In this document: positions 45,645 through 54,511 of the stretch, one piece after another
How the letters are laid out: every line of letters begins with the position of its first letter
How positions within the stretch are numbered: the stretch's first letter is position 1
DNA from: Arenicellales bacterium
Lineage (GTDB): Bacteria; Pseudomonadota; Gammaproteobacteria; Arenicellales; Poriferihabitantaceae
NCBI GenBank assembly: GCA_965116595.1
Contig: OZ220708.1
Location: forward strand, 1,142,875-1,206,874
DNA: 64,000 nt
Direction: 5' to 3'
The notes under the pieces: model-generated
The model's input: only the letters and a program-made list of their open reading frames with translations
Databases searched by the model: none
What the model was told of the DNA's origin: nothing
Program-made: the position numbers and the translations under genes

Positions 45645-47497
45645 GCGGGCAGCGCGAACTTCTCACGCACTTCGGCAGTCAACTCACCCTCTTTGGTCCA
45701 GCCGCGCAGCGAATAATATTCCGGCAACATTTCATCGAGACCGCATGTCTTTCCCTCCGCAGGCCCGGTTTTGGCCGCTTCCTTGAGCAATCTGGGTGGC
45801 AATGTATCATCCTTGCCGGTCAATCCGGCCTTGATGTTGTAGTCCCGTTCCAGATTCCAGATGCGTTCACCGGCTTCAAGCAATCGCTCCACAGACCAAT
45901 CGCCCTGGCAGGCGGCATCGATTTGCGGCGCCATGTTATCCAGTGACCAGGCAAAGGTGGTAAATACACACAGCCCCATCGAATCCACCGCCGCGGTCGC
46001 ATCCTGAAACGCCTTGACCAACCCGGCCTTGCCTTCAGTAACCAGTGGGTCGGTTTTCTCGGGAATACCCAACACCTCGGAAGCTACGGTATAACTGCGC
46101 AAATGACAGGCGCCGCGATTGGAAGTCGCATAAGTCAAACCCATGCCCTGAATACCACGCGGGTCATAGGCTGGAAACTCCTGGCCCTTGACCGTCATCG
46201 ACAACTCTGGATGACCATACTTTTCGCACAGTCTCTTTGATCCCATTGCCAGGTCCCTGCCAAAACCTTCACCGGCCGCAACCTTGTCAACACACCAGGT
46301 CAGCGCTTCCGCCGACCCGAAGTTGAGTTCCATGCCACCGGTGTGCTCGGTCGTAATGACCCCCATATCGAACAGCTCCATGGCGGCAGCCACCGTGGCG
46401 CCAAAGGAAATCGGGTCCATGCCGTCTTCGTTGCATATAAAGTTGGTGTAGGTCAACGCGTCGAGGTCGCCAACGCCTGTGTCAGCGCCCATTGCCCAGG
46501 CCGCTTCATACTCGAGTCCGCCGGAGTTTCCCCAGTATTCGGGTTTGTTTTCGACTGAGAAATGACCCTTGTCGATGGTCGAAATCCGTCCGCACGCTAT
46601 AGTGCATCCAAAGCAGGCGGCGTTGGTCGTCAGATTCGGCTTGCCATCGCTTTCACGCGGCTCCAGCATCGCTTCCGCTGAAATATCATTCGCCTGTTCA
46701 AACTGGACATCCCGCATATTGTTTGCCGGCAGGGCGCCTATTTCATTGATCACGTTCATCAGGACCTGGGTGCCCATTGCTGGCAGGCCCTGTCCTGTCA
46801 CCGCATTTTCGGCCAGTACCTGCTTTTGTTCGGCGACACTTTGCATGAATCGTGCAGGGTCCTTGATATTGCCGACCCCGCGGGTGCCGCGCACGGTAAC
46901 TGCCTTGAGGTTTTTCGAAGCCATCACGGTGCCCACACCGGAACGACCCGCCGCGCGGTGCAGATCATTGATCACCGCGGCATACAGACATCCCGTTTCC
47001 GCCGCACGTCCCACCGCAGCGACCCGCATCTGGGGATCCCCGTGTTTTGCATGAAGTAACTTGTCCGTCTCCCAGACGGATTTACCCCAAAGATCGGCAG
47101 CGGGCAGTATTTCCGCCTTTTCATTGACGATATTCAGGGTAACGGGAGATTCGGCCTTGCCTTCGAATATAATCATGTCCCAGCCGGCCATTTTCAATTC
47201 CGCGCCGATGAATCCGCCGGAATTGGAACAAGCCACCGCCCCGGTCAACGGGCTTTTGGTGATGACCGAATAGCGCCCGCCGGTGGATACGGGCGTCCCG
47301 GTCAGGGGGCCAGTCGCAAAAATCAACTTGTTATCCGGACCGAGAGGATCACAGCGCGGGTCCGTCTCCTCGACCAGATAACGGGTTGCCAGTCCACGCT
47401 GTCCGATATAGTCTCCCGCCCAATCCATATTGAGCGCTTCTTCACTCACTTCACCCCGGGTTAAATTAACCCTCAGTATTTTTTTGGTCCAACTCAT
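45641..47497 (-). CDS. aorB: aldehyde:ferredoxin oxidoreductase family tungsto-/molybdopterin subunit (AorB-like)
   Basis: 618-aa ORF. The N-terminus (ILRVNLTRGEVSEE...YIGQRGLATRYL) and the strings GGRYSVITKSPLTG, GADTGVGD and ATSNRGACHLRS are characteristic of AOR-family enzymes. Confidence 0.9.
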   Translation of the reverse strand: MSWTKKILRVNLTRGEVSEEALNMDWAGDYIGQRGLATRYLVEETDPRCDPLGPDNKLIFATGPLTGTPVSTGGRYSVITKSPLTGAVACSNSGGFIGAELKMAGWDMIIFEGKAESPVTLNIVNEKAEILPAADLWGKSVWETDKLLHAKHGDPQMRVAAVGRAAETGCLYAAVINDLHRAAGRSGVGTVMASKNLKAVTVRGTRGVGNIKDPARFMQSVAEQKQVLAENAVTGQGLPAMGTQVLMNVINEIGALPANNMRDVQFEQANDISAEAMLEPRESDGKPNLTTNAACFGCTIACGRISTIDKGHFSVENKPEYWGNSGGLEYEAAWAMGADTGVGDLDALTYTNFICNEDGMDPISFGATVAAAMELFDMGVITTEHTGGMELNFGSAEALTWCVDKVAAGEGFGRDLAMGSKRLCEKYGHPELSMTVKGQEFPAYDPRGIQGMGLTYATSNRGACHLRSYTVASEVLGIPEKTDPLVTEGKAGLVKAFQDATAAVDSMGLCVFTTFAWSLDNMAPQIDAACQGDWSVERLLEAGERIWNLERDYNIKAGLTGKDDTLPPRLLKEAAKTGPAEGKTCGLDEMLPEYYSLRGWTKEGELTAEVREKFALPA

Positions 47498-47509
47498 TGT
47501 ATTGTCCCC

Positions 47510-47983
47510 CTAGTTCACAGCTGCGTTGTCTGTCTTTGCCGCCCACGCCCTCATTTTCTCGAGTCCGGTGGCATCTGCGTCAACATAAGTAATGGCGGCG
47601 GTCGGGCAGGCGCTGGCGCACTTGGGATCACCGCCGCAAAGATCGCACTTGATGACCTTGCCGGTATCCTGATTGTAATTCACCGTCCCGAACGGACATG
47701 CGATAGTGCAGACCTTGCAACCCACGCAGGCCGAATCGCTGACTATCATCGCCCCGGTTTCCCGGTTCATGGTAATCGCCTCAACCGGGCAGGCGTGCAG
47801 GCACCAGGCTTCATCGCACTGGGTGCAGGTATAGGGTACGAACCGGCCTTCGTCATGGAAGGTAAAAACCTTTATCCTGGATTTGGCCGGGTTAAACACT
47901 CCTTCGTTCTCGTAAGAACAAGCCATTTCGCACTGCAAACAACCAGTACATTTTTCAGGGTCTATATTCAGTGATCGTAGCAT
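47510..47983 (-). CDS. aorA: 4x[4Fe-4S] ferredoxin-like electron-transfer subunit (AorA-like)
   Basis: 157-aa ORF with four Cys clusters: CTGCLQCEMAC, CTQCDEAWCLHACP, CVGCKVCTIACP and CDLCGGDPKCASACP. A good SD sequence (GGGAGA) precedes the start. Confidence 0.85.
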   Translation of the reverse strand: MLRSLNIDPEKCTGCLQCEMACSYENEGVFNPAKSRIKVFTFHDEGRFVPYTCTQCDEAWCLHACPVEAITMNRETGAMIVSDSACVGCKVCTIACPFGTVNYNQDTGKVIKCDLCGGDPKCASACPTAAITYVDADATGLEKMRAWAAKTDNAAVN

Positions 47984-48126
47984 TTTGCTTCTCCCAGATA
48001 ATTATCATTACATCAAGGAACGATATCACTAAGGAGACGTTTCAACAAGTCCGGTGTTGCCCGAATTTTTTTCGAGTTCACCAATCAAGCCTGGCAGGAG
48101 ACAACCACGGTAGGCGAGCACCAAAG

Positions 48127-48948
48127 CTAATCCGGCGAAAAATCAGATTTATCAATCGTGTGCCCCCAGGTCCGTTTGGCAGACAGGTACCGTTTGTTCC
48201 ATTTACTGATACCGGCGATGTGCTTCTCGGGCATCATTTGAGTCAGACCGCAGCCAGTCAGATCCTCTATTTTCTTTGGATTGTTTGTCAGCAGCCGTAA
48301 TGGCCTGTTGCCGAGAAAATACAGGATCAGCGCCGCTGCATCGCTGAAGTCCCTGGAATCAGTTGGCAGGCCAAGCGACTGGTTTGCCTGATAGGTGTCT
48401 TCTCCGGCGTCCTGTAACAGATAAGTCGCTGCTTTAGCCCACAAACCAATACCCCGCCCTTCGTGCCCGGCCATGTAAACAATCATGCCGCCACCGCTAT
48501 CGTTTAAGATTCGGGTCACTGCGGATTCAAGCTGGGGACCGCATTCGCACCGTTCAGATCCAAACACATCACCCGTCAGACAATTCGAATGGACGCGAAC
48601 AAGCGGGTTTTCAGTATTTTGTGGATCACCAATCATAAGCACGCTGTTCACAGCCATCGAACTGGCCAGCTTGGCAAACAGATTTTGCTTCCCGCTTTCC
48701 CGGAGCGTGGACGCGAGTTCCTCGACTTTGCCAAGTTCAGTACTGCGAACCGTCGCATACCAGTCGGGCTGACAATTCACCCCGCCGATTTTGAGCGGTA
48801 ATGCAATCGGACCAAGCAGATTGATGACCGGCTCATCCGCTGGCGTCGTGTTTTCACCCGAAACGGGGTTACCATTACGGTTGATGCACAGGAGTTTTCC
48901 GCTGTCAATGAGTTGTCGGCGGACATCAGGATCAAGGTACGTAAACAT
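48127..48948 (-). CDS. GTP cyclohydrolase II (RibA)-family protein with extended N-terminal region
   Basis: 273-aa ORF with VRVHSNCLTGDVFGSERCECG (the zinc Cys triad), GHEGRGIGL, and RLLTNNPKKIEDL. It has about 100 residues before the core, versus about 50 in E. coli RibA. Confidence 0.8.
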   Translation of the reverse strand: MFTYLDPDVRRQLIDSGKLLCINRNGNPVSGENTTPADEPVINLLGPIALPLKIGGVNCQPDWYATVRSTELGKVEELASTLRESGKQNLFAKLASSMAVNSVLMIGDPQNTENPLVRVHSNCLTGDVFGSERCECGPQLESAVTRILNDSGGGMIVYMAGHEGRGIGLWAKAATYLLQDAGEDTYQANQSLGLPTDSRDFSDAAALILYFLGNRPLRLLTNNPKKIEDLTGCGLTQMMPEKHIAGISKWNKRYLSAKRTWGHTIDKSDFSPD

Positions 48949-49007
48949 ATTTTAATTATTGGTCTGGTTGGTTCAGTTGATATACTCTGCCTCAAGCGTA
49001 CCTCACA

Positions 49008-49958
49008 ATGCAGCCAAAAACAGTATTCCCGAAGCATCGGTCCGATCACATAATGTCTGCATCAAATTCCGCCACACCGTTAAGCAGAGACTCGTTGCGA
49101 CCGCTGATGCAAAGAAATGATGCGGCCGGACTGGTCAGGATATTTCAGCACACTATGGCGATCATGATCACTATTATAGCGCTGGCGGTTTCCGACGGCT
49201 GGATAATGACGGGGCTGCTGACCCTGACCCTCGGTATTTTGCTGAATTTTTTATTTGCTCCGTTGCATGAGACCATCCACAAAACCGCCTTCGATACCCC
49301 GCAGTTGAATGTAATCGTGGGCTGGGTCAGCGGAATGGCCCTGGTACTGCCACCAAGATATTTTCAGTCATTCCACATGGCGCACCACCGTTATACGCAA
49401 ATAACAGGCAAGGACCCGGAGCTGGATTTTGACAAACCGCAGACAGTGCCGCAATACATTCGACACCTGAGCGGGGTGGATTACTGGCTGGGGCAGATAA
49501 AAGCGCTGAGCCTGTTTGCCATTGGCAATCATCATACGCACTTTGTGAGTGATGCCAAACGACCTGGAATTGTCAACGAAGCGCGGACATTTACAGGCAT
49601 CTACATTTTATTGTTTTCTCTCAGCCTGCTGTTCGACTCCGTCATCCTGTGGGAGTACTGGATTTTGCCGATGTTGATCGGGCAGCCATTCCTCAGAGCG
49701 TTTCTGCTCGCTGAACACGCGCTGTGTCCGTACGTCGCCGACATGTTGCAAAACACTCGTACGACATTAACCGGTCGAGCGATGCGGTGGCTTTGCTGGA
49801 ACATGTCATTTCATGCTGAACACCATGCCTATCCCGCAATTCCGTTTCATCACCTGCCTGCGGCGCATGCTGTTCTCGGACCCCATATCCATATCGTATC
49901 CGACGGTTATGTCAATGTGCACAAGGACATTGTGCGGGCGTTTCAGCAACCGAAATGA
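49008..49958 (+). CDS. membrane fatty-acid desaturase family protein (di-iron, three His boxes)
   Basis: 316-aa ORF with His boxes HETIHK, HMAHHRY and HAEHHAYP plus TM helices. An alternative ATG lies at 49053. Confidence 0.8.
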   Translation: MQPKTVFPKHRSDHIMSASNSATPLSRDSLRPLMQRNDAAGLVRIFQHTMAIMITIIALAVSDGWIMTGLLTLTLGILLNFLFAPLHETIHKTAFDTPQLNVIVGWVSGMALVLPPRYFQSFHMAHHRYTQITGKDPELDFDKPQTVPQYIRHLSGVDYWLGQIKALSLFAIGNHHTHFVSDAKRPGIVNEARTFTGIYILLFSLSLLFDSVILWEYWILPMLIGQPFLRAFLLAEHALCPYVADMLQNTRTTLTGRAMRWLCWNMSFHAEHHAYPAIPFHHLPAAHAVLGPHIHIVSDGYVNVHKDIVRAFQQPK

Positions 49959-50142
49959 AACAAAGTCCGCATACAGCAACTGGTTTGCACGAGCAATCCG
50001 GGCCAACACTGTTTTCGAAGGCTGATTGGGTGTATAGTGGGACGAAATCAACAGGTCACCCGACCGGATACTATCGAAAGTAAATCGCCGTAAATTGAAT
50101 CCACTTTCAGATAACCCTGTTAACCAGCCTTGCCAGATAACC

Positions 50143-50520
50143 ATGTCAGATAATCAACAAATCCATATCACCGTTATCCCGCAATATCTTTGGGATCAGT
50201 CTCACCCGGAAAACAACCAGTACGTGTTCGCCTATACAGTGAATATGGAAAATACCGGGCAGATTGGCGCGCAATTGCTGAGTCGCCACTGGATTATCAC
50301 GGACTCGGAGGGAGGAACCGAAGAGGTCAGAGGACCGGGGGTTGTAGGCGAACATCCAAGCCTGAAACCCGGTGAAAGCTACCAGTATACCAGCGGCGCC
50401 ATCCTGAAAACCCCGGTCGGCACCATGACCGGCAGTTACCGGATGCGGGATGATAACGGCGATCTGTTTGACGCAATGATTCCGGTTTTCACGCTGTCTG
50501 CGGAAGTGGTGTTTCATTAA
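50143..50520 (+). CDS. apaG: ApaG (DUF525) protein
   Basis: The internal ATG at 50143 gives MSDNQQIHITV..., collinear with E. coli ApaG (YVFAYTVNMENTG, LLSRHWIITDSEG, GVVGEHPSLKPGESYQYTSG). Confidence 0.85.
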   Translation: MSDNQQIHITVIPQYLWDQSHPENNQYVFAYTVNMENTGQIGAQLLSRHWIITDSEGGTEEVRGPGVVGEHPSLKPGESYQYTSGAILKTPVGTMTGSYRMRDDNGDLFDAMIPVFTLSAEVVFH

Positions 50521-50554
50521 CGGCCAACAAAGCCCGAACCTGAAGAAAGACCAG

Positions 50555-51529
50555 ATGAATTTCAAGCCAGTGCTGTCAGCGTTCGTGCTGACAATCGGAC
50601 TGACAGCCACCGCCGCCGCCGAAAAATGGGATATGCCGATGGCTTATTCGGCAACCAACTTTCATTCCCGAACCGGGGCGCAGTTCGCCACTTGCGTGAC
50701 CACCGGCTCCGGTGGAGCGCTGGAAATCGTGACCCATCCCTCCGGGTCATTGTTCAAGGGCAATGAAATCAAGCGTGCGGTTCAAACCGGCCAGGCACCG
50801 ATCGGAGAGCGGCTGTTATCCGCCCATCAAAACGAAAATCCGCTTTTTGGCGTGGACTCGATTCCGTTTCTGGCCCCCTCTTTCGAGCAGGGCGAAAAGC
50901 TCTGGGCCGCATCCCGCCCCACTCTGGAAAAACTGCTGGCCCGGCAAAACCTGGTGCTGCTGTATTCAGTGCCATGGCCACCGCAGGGACTGTACTTCAA
51001 CAAGGCGGTCCATTCGATTGCCGATACCCGGGGACTGAAATTCCGTTCCTATAATTCCACGACCGCCCGCCTGGCTGAACTCGCCGGCATGTTGCCGGTA
51101 CAGGTTGAAGCGGCCGAGTTGAACCAGGCGTTGGCCACCGGGGTTGCCGAGAGCTTTGTTTCCTCAGCCGCCACCGGTTATGACCGCAAGGTCTGGGAAC
51201 ATCTGACTCATTTTTATGCGGTTGATTCCTGGCTGCCCCGCAACTCGGTTTTCGTCAACCAGGATGCCTGGGACGGCCTGGACGAAACAACCCGGAACGT
51301 AGTGCGCGGTTGTAGCGATATAGCCGCTTACGCCGGTTACTGGCGAGCGGTTGAATATACCGCCTTCACACTGAACAGCTTGCGCGCCAATGGCATGAAA
51401 GTTGAAGAACCCGGCGATCAGTTGCGCGCTGACCTGCAGGACATCGGCAAAACCATCACTGCCGAGTGGCTGGAAGCCGCGGGGGCCGAAGGCCAGGCGA
51501 TCGTTGACGCCTTCAACGCCGCCCGGTAA
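50555..51529 (+). CDS. dctP: TRAP transporter substrate-binding protein (DctP family)
   Basis: 324-aa ORF with a signal peptide and DctP-like strings. It is followed by genes for the small and large TRAP permeases. Confidence 0.85.
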   Translation: MNFKPVLSAFVLTIGLTATAAAEKWDMPMAYSATNFHSRTGAQFATCVTTGSGGALEIVTHPSGSLFKGNEIKRAVQTGQAPIGERLLSAHQNENPLFGVDSIPFLAPSFEQGEKLWAASRPTLEKLLARQNLVLLYSVPWPPQGLYFNKAVHSIADTRGLKFRSYNSTTARLAELAGMLPVQVEAAELNQALATGVAESFVSSAATGYDRKVWEHLTHFYAVDSWLPRNSVFVNQDAWDGLDETTRNVVRGCSDIAAYAGYWRAVEYTAFTLNSLRANGMKVEEPGDQLRADLQDIGKTITAEWLEAAGAEGQAIVDAFNAAR

Positions 51530-51548
51530 CCGCCGCCCCCTGTCCCCG

Positions 51549-52103
51549 ATGGCGGGCGATTCCCTGCCCGGCAACACGCGGCGCCCTGGACGCCTTGCCG
51601 GGCGCCTGTTCCGGTTTCTGGATGGTCTTTACTTCTTCGGCGCTGTTCTTGCCGCGATTTCCCTGATCATCCTTCTGATGATCATCGTACTGCAAATGAC
51701 AGTGCGCTGGAGCGGGTTGATTTTCCCGGGCTCAACCGACTATGCCGGATATTGCATGGCGGCGGCGTCATTTCTCGCTTTCGCCCACGCTTTCAACCGC
51801 GGCGCCCACGTTCGCGTCCGCCTGTTACTGTCAGCGCTGGGCTCTTATCGTCATTACGTCGAAATCTGGTGTTTTGCCGTCGCCTCGGCCCTGGCCTGCT
51901 ATTTTGCCGGGTACGCGGTCCGGACCGTTTACTGGTCATACCGGCTTCAAGACATCAGCCAGGGGCAGGACGCCACCCCGCTGTGGATACCGCAACTGGC
52001 CATGGCCGCGGGGACGATCTTACTGGCTGTCGCAGTCATCGATCACCTGGCGCGCTTGATTCTTACCCGTGATCACGGGATCAAGACAGAGACCGTGCAA
52101 TAA
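51549..52103 (+). CDS. dctQ: TRAP transporter small permease (DctQ family)
   Basis: The ATG at 51549 is preferred because the track ORF start at 51402 overlaps dctP. The product is about 184 aa with 4 TM helices. Confidence 0.75.
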   Translation: MAGDSLPGNTRRPGRLAGRLFRFLDGLYFFGAVLAAISLIILLMIIVLQMTVRWSGLIFPGSTDYAGYCMAAASFLAFAHAFNRGAHVRVRLLLSALGSYRHYVEIWCFAVASALACYFAGYAVRTVYWSYRLQDISQGQDATPLWIPQLAMAAGTILLAVAVIDHLARLILTRDHGIKTETVQ

Positions 52104-52120
52104 CAGGGCGACATGACACC

Positions 52121-53416
52121 ATGGAACAGCTTGGACTGATCGCCGTCTTTCTGTTTGTTCTGCTCGTCCTGCTGGGCAGCGGTGTCTGGGTTGGCTTGGC
52201 GTTACTCGGCGTCGCCTTTGTCGGTATGGAATTGTTTACCGACCGGCCCACCGGGGACAGCATGATCACGACCATCTGGACCGCTTCATCCTCGTGGTCC
52301 CTGACTGCGTTGCCGCTGTTTATCTGGATGGGGGAAATTCTGTTCCGGACACGCTTGTCGAAAGACATGTTCCAGGGGCTGGCGCCCTGGTTGAGAGGGC
52401 TGCCCGGCGGCTTGCTGCATACCAATATCGTGGGCTGCGCCGTGTTCGCCGCTGTCTCGGGATCCTCAGCCGCCACCCTGTCCACGGTCGGCAAAATGTC
52501 GATACCGGAACTGCGCCGCCGTGACTACCCTGAGAATATGATTATCGGGACGCTGGCCGGCGCCGCCACCCTGGGTCTGATGATACCGCCCTCACTGATC
52601 CTGATCGTCTATGGGGTAACGATCAACGAGTCCATCTCAAAACTGTTTATCGCCGGAATCCTTCCGGGCCTGGTGCTGGCCGGCCTGTTCATGGCTTATA
52701 CCGCGCTGCAATCCGTCTTCAACAAGCAGTATCATCCTGAAATCGAGCAACCCCTGCCCCTCGCGCAGAAAATCAGGAACTCCCGCTTCCTGATCCCGTT
52801 GATCCTGCTGGTCGGCCTGGTGATCGGCTCCATGTACTTGGGTCTTGCCACCGCTACCGAAGCGGCCGCCTTCGGGGTCACCGGCGCACTGCTGCTGGCT
52901 GCCGGTCAAGGCTCCCTGAACTGGAAAACGTTCAGCGAAAGCCTGATGGGCGCCACCCGCACCTCAGCCATGATCGCCCTGATTCTGGCCGGCGCCGCGT
53001 TTTTGTCGTTGTCGATGGGCTTTACCGGCCTGCCGCGCGACCTGGCTGAATGGATCGGCTCATTGAATCTGAGCCGCCTCGAATTGCTGATGGTATTACT
53101 GGTATTTTACATCATCATCGGCTGCTTCCTGGACGGCATCTCCTCGGTCGTGCTGACCATGGCGATTGTCGAACCGATGATTCGTCAAGCCGGTATTGAC
53201 GTTATATGGTTCGGCATTTTTATTGTCGTAGTCGTCGAGATGGCCCAGATTACACCGCCAATCGGGTTTAACCTGTTCGTCCTGCAAGGCATGACCGGGC
53301 ACGAAATGGGCATGATCGCGCGCGCGGCCCTGCCGATGTTCGCCATCATGATATTGATGGTGTTTATTTTGATCCTCATCCCGGAAATTGCCACCTGGCT
53401 GCCCGAAAACATGTAA
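52121..53416 (+). CDS. dctM: TRAP transporter large permease (DctM family)
   Basis: 431-aa polytopic ORF with DctM-typical strings (SGSSAATLSTVG, IPPSLILIVYG). Confidence 0.9.
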   Translation: MEQLGLIAVFLFVLLVLLGSGVWVGLALLGVAFVGMELFTDRPTGDSMITTIWTASSSWSLTALPLFIWMGEILFRTRLSKDMFQGLAPWLRGLPGGLLHTNIVGCAVFAAVSGSSAATLSTVGKMSIPELRRRDYPENMIIGTLAGAATLGLMIPPSLILIVYGVTINESISKLFIAGILPGLVLAGLFMAYTALQSVFNKQYHPEIEQPLPLAQKIRNSRFLIPLILLVGLVIGSMYLGLATATEAAAFGVTGALLLAAGQGSLNWKTFSESLMGATRTSAMIALILAGAAFLSLSMGFTGLPRDLAEWIGSLNLSRLELLMVLLVFYIIIGCFLDGISSVVLTMAIVEPMIRQAGIDVIWFGIFIVVVVEMAQITPPIGFNLFVLQGMTGHEMGMIARAALPMFAIMILMVFILILIPEIATWLPENM

Positions 53417-53560
53417 TTCCGTTCATCCCGCCGATAGCCCAGTGGGGAAGCCATCGTACCGCGCTTGACAGCCGAAGAGACAGCAATTCCCTGTCCACTG
53501 CTCCCGGTCGGCAGTCTTTAGCCCGGTGTTTCCGGTTTTCCCGGGCATCAGAATTAATAA

Positions 53561-54406
53561 TCAGGCATAGTAACGGATAACGAGGATGCCGAGCGCCACC
53601 AGGCAGGCCGCGGCGATACGCCGGCGGCCGAAAGGCTCCTTCAACAGCAGCGCCCCGATCAATGCGGCAAAGATCACGCTGGTTTCCCGCAATGATGATA
53701 CCAGCGCCATGGCCCCGATGCTCATCGCGTGGATGACGAGGCCGTAGGCGGCGGCGGAAGCCAGCCCGCCAACCAGTACCCCGGCGCGGTTCTGAACGAC
53801 ATACCCAAGCCACGCGCGCCGCTGGGTCATGAAGAGCCACAGGCAGACCGGCAGTCCCTGGAAGACGAACAGCCAGAGGATGTAGGACAGGCTGTTTTCC
53901 ACCGTTCTCACCCCGGCGCCATCGGCAATGGTATAGGCCGCGATCAGGACCGCGGTGACCGCCCCCCAGCCAAGGGCCGGAAGCGAGCTTCGCAGATGAT
54001 GTCCGCCGAACAGCGAAAGGGCCATGAGGCCGGCGCTGATCAAAAGGACGCCGCCGAGAGCTCCCGGGGACAGGACCTCCCCGGCGAACCAGGCCGCGCC
54101 CCCGGCCACCAGCATCGGCGCCATGCCCCGAAAGAGCGGGTACACCAGCGACAGGTCGCCGCTTCGGTACGCCTGGGCCAGGGTGAAATAATAGATCGTG
54201 TGTATCAGTATGGATGCACCGAGAAAAGGCCAGGCCCCGGCAGGCGGCAGAGGCACCCGCCAGACCAGGCACAGGCTTGCGATGGCGGCGACCAGCATGT
54301 AGGCCGCAATACTGTAGAGCGGCGAACCGCCGGATTTCGCCAGGGCATTCCAGCCCGCGTGCAGTACCGCCGCGCACAGGACCAGTGCGATCAGGCCGGG
54401 CGACAT
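53561..54406 (-). CDS. EamA/DMT-superfamily transporter
   Basis: 281-aa ORF with 10 predicted TM helices arranged as two EamA-like repeats. Confidence 0.8.
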   Translation of the reverse strand: MSPGLIALVLCAAVLHAGWNALAKSGGSPLYSIAAYMLVAAIASLCLVWRVPLPPAGAWPFLGASILIHTIYYFTLAQAYRSGDLSLVYPLFRGMAPMLVAGGAAWFAGEVLSPGALGGVLLISAGLMALSLFGGHHLRSSLPALGWGAVTAVLIAAYTIADGAGVRTVENSLSYILWLFVFQGLPVCLWLFMTQRRAWLGYVVQNRAGVLVGGLASAAAYGLVIHAMSIGAMALVSSLRETSVIFAALIGALLLKEPFGRRRIAAACLVALGILVIRYYA

Positions 54407-54511
54407 GGCGCCTCAGGGCAGCGTGGCGCAGGCGCCCGTGGCCGCATCAACCGGCCGGCGATGCCGGATTCATCGGTGGTTGAAGCGGGACTTGCAGTGC
54501 AATTTTGCCCA

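Noticed and set aside
47984-48126. A possible Moco/Tuco riboswitch in the 143-nt leader of the AOR operon.
   Set aside because: The context is right, since such riboswitches precede moa and W/Mo-enzyme genes. However, I could not identify the conserved helices or loops by eye. This needs a covariance-model search (Rfam Moco_RNA_motif) before any claim can be made.
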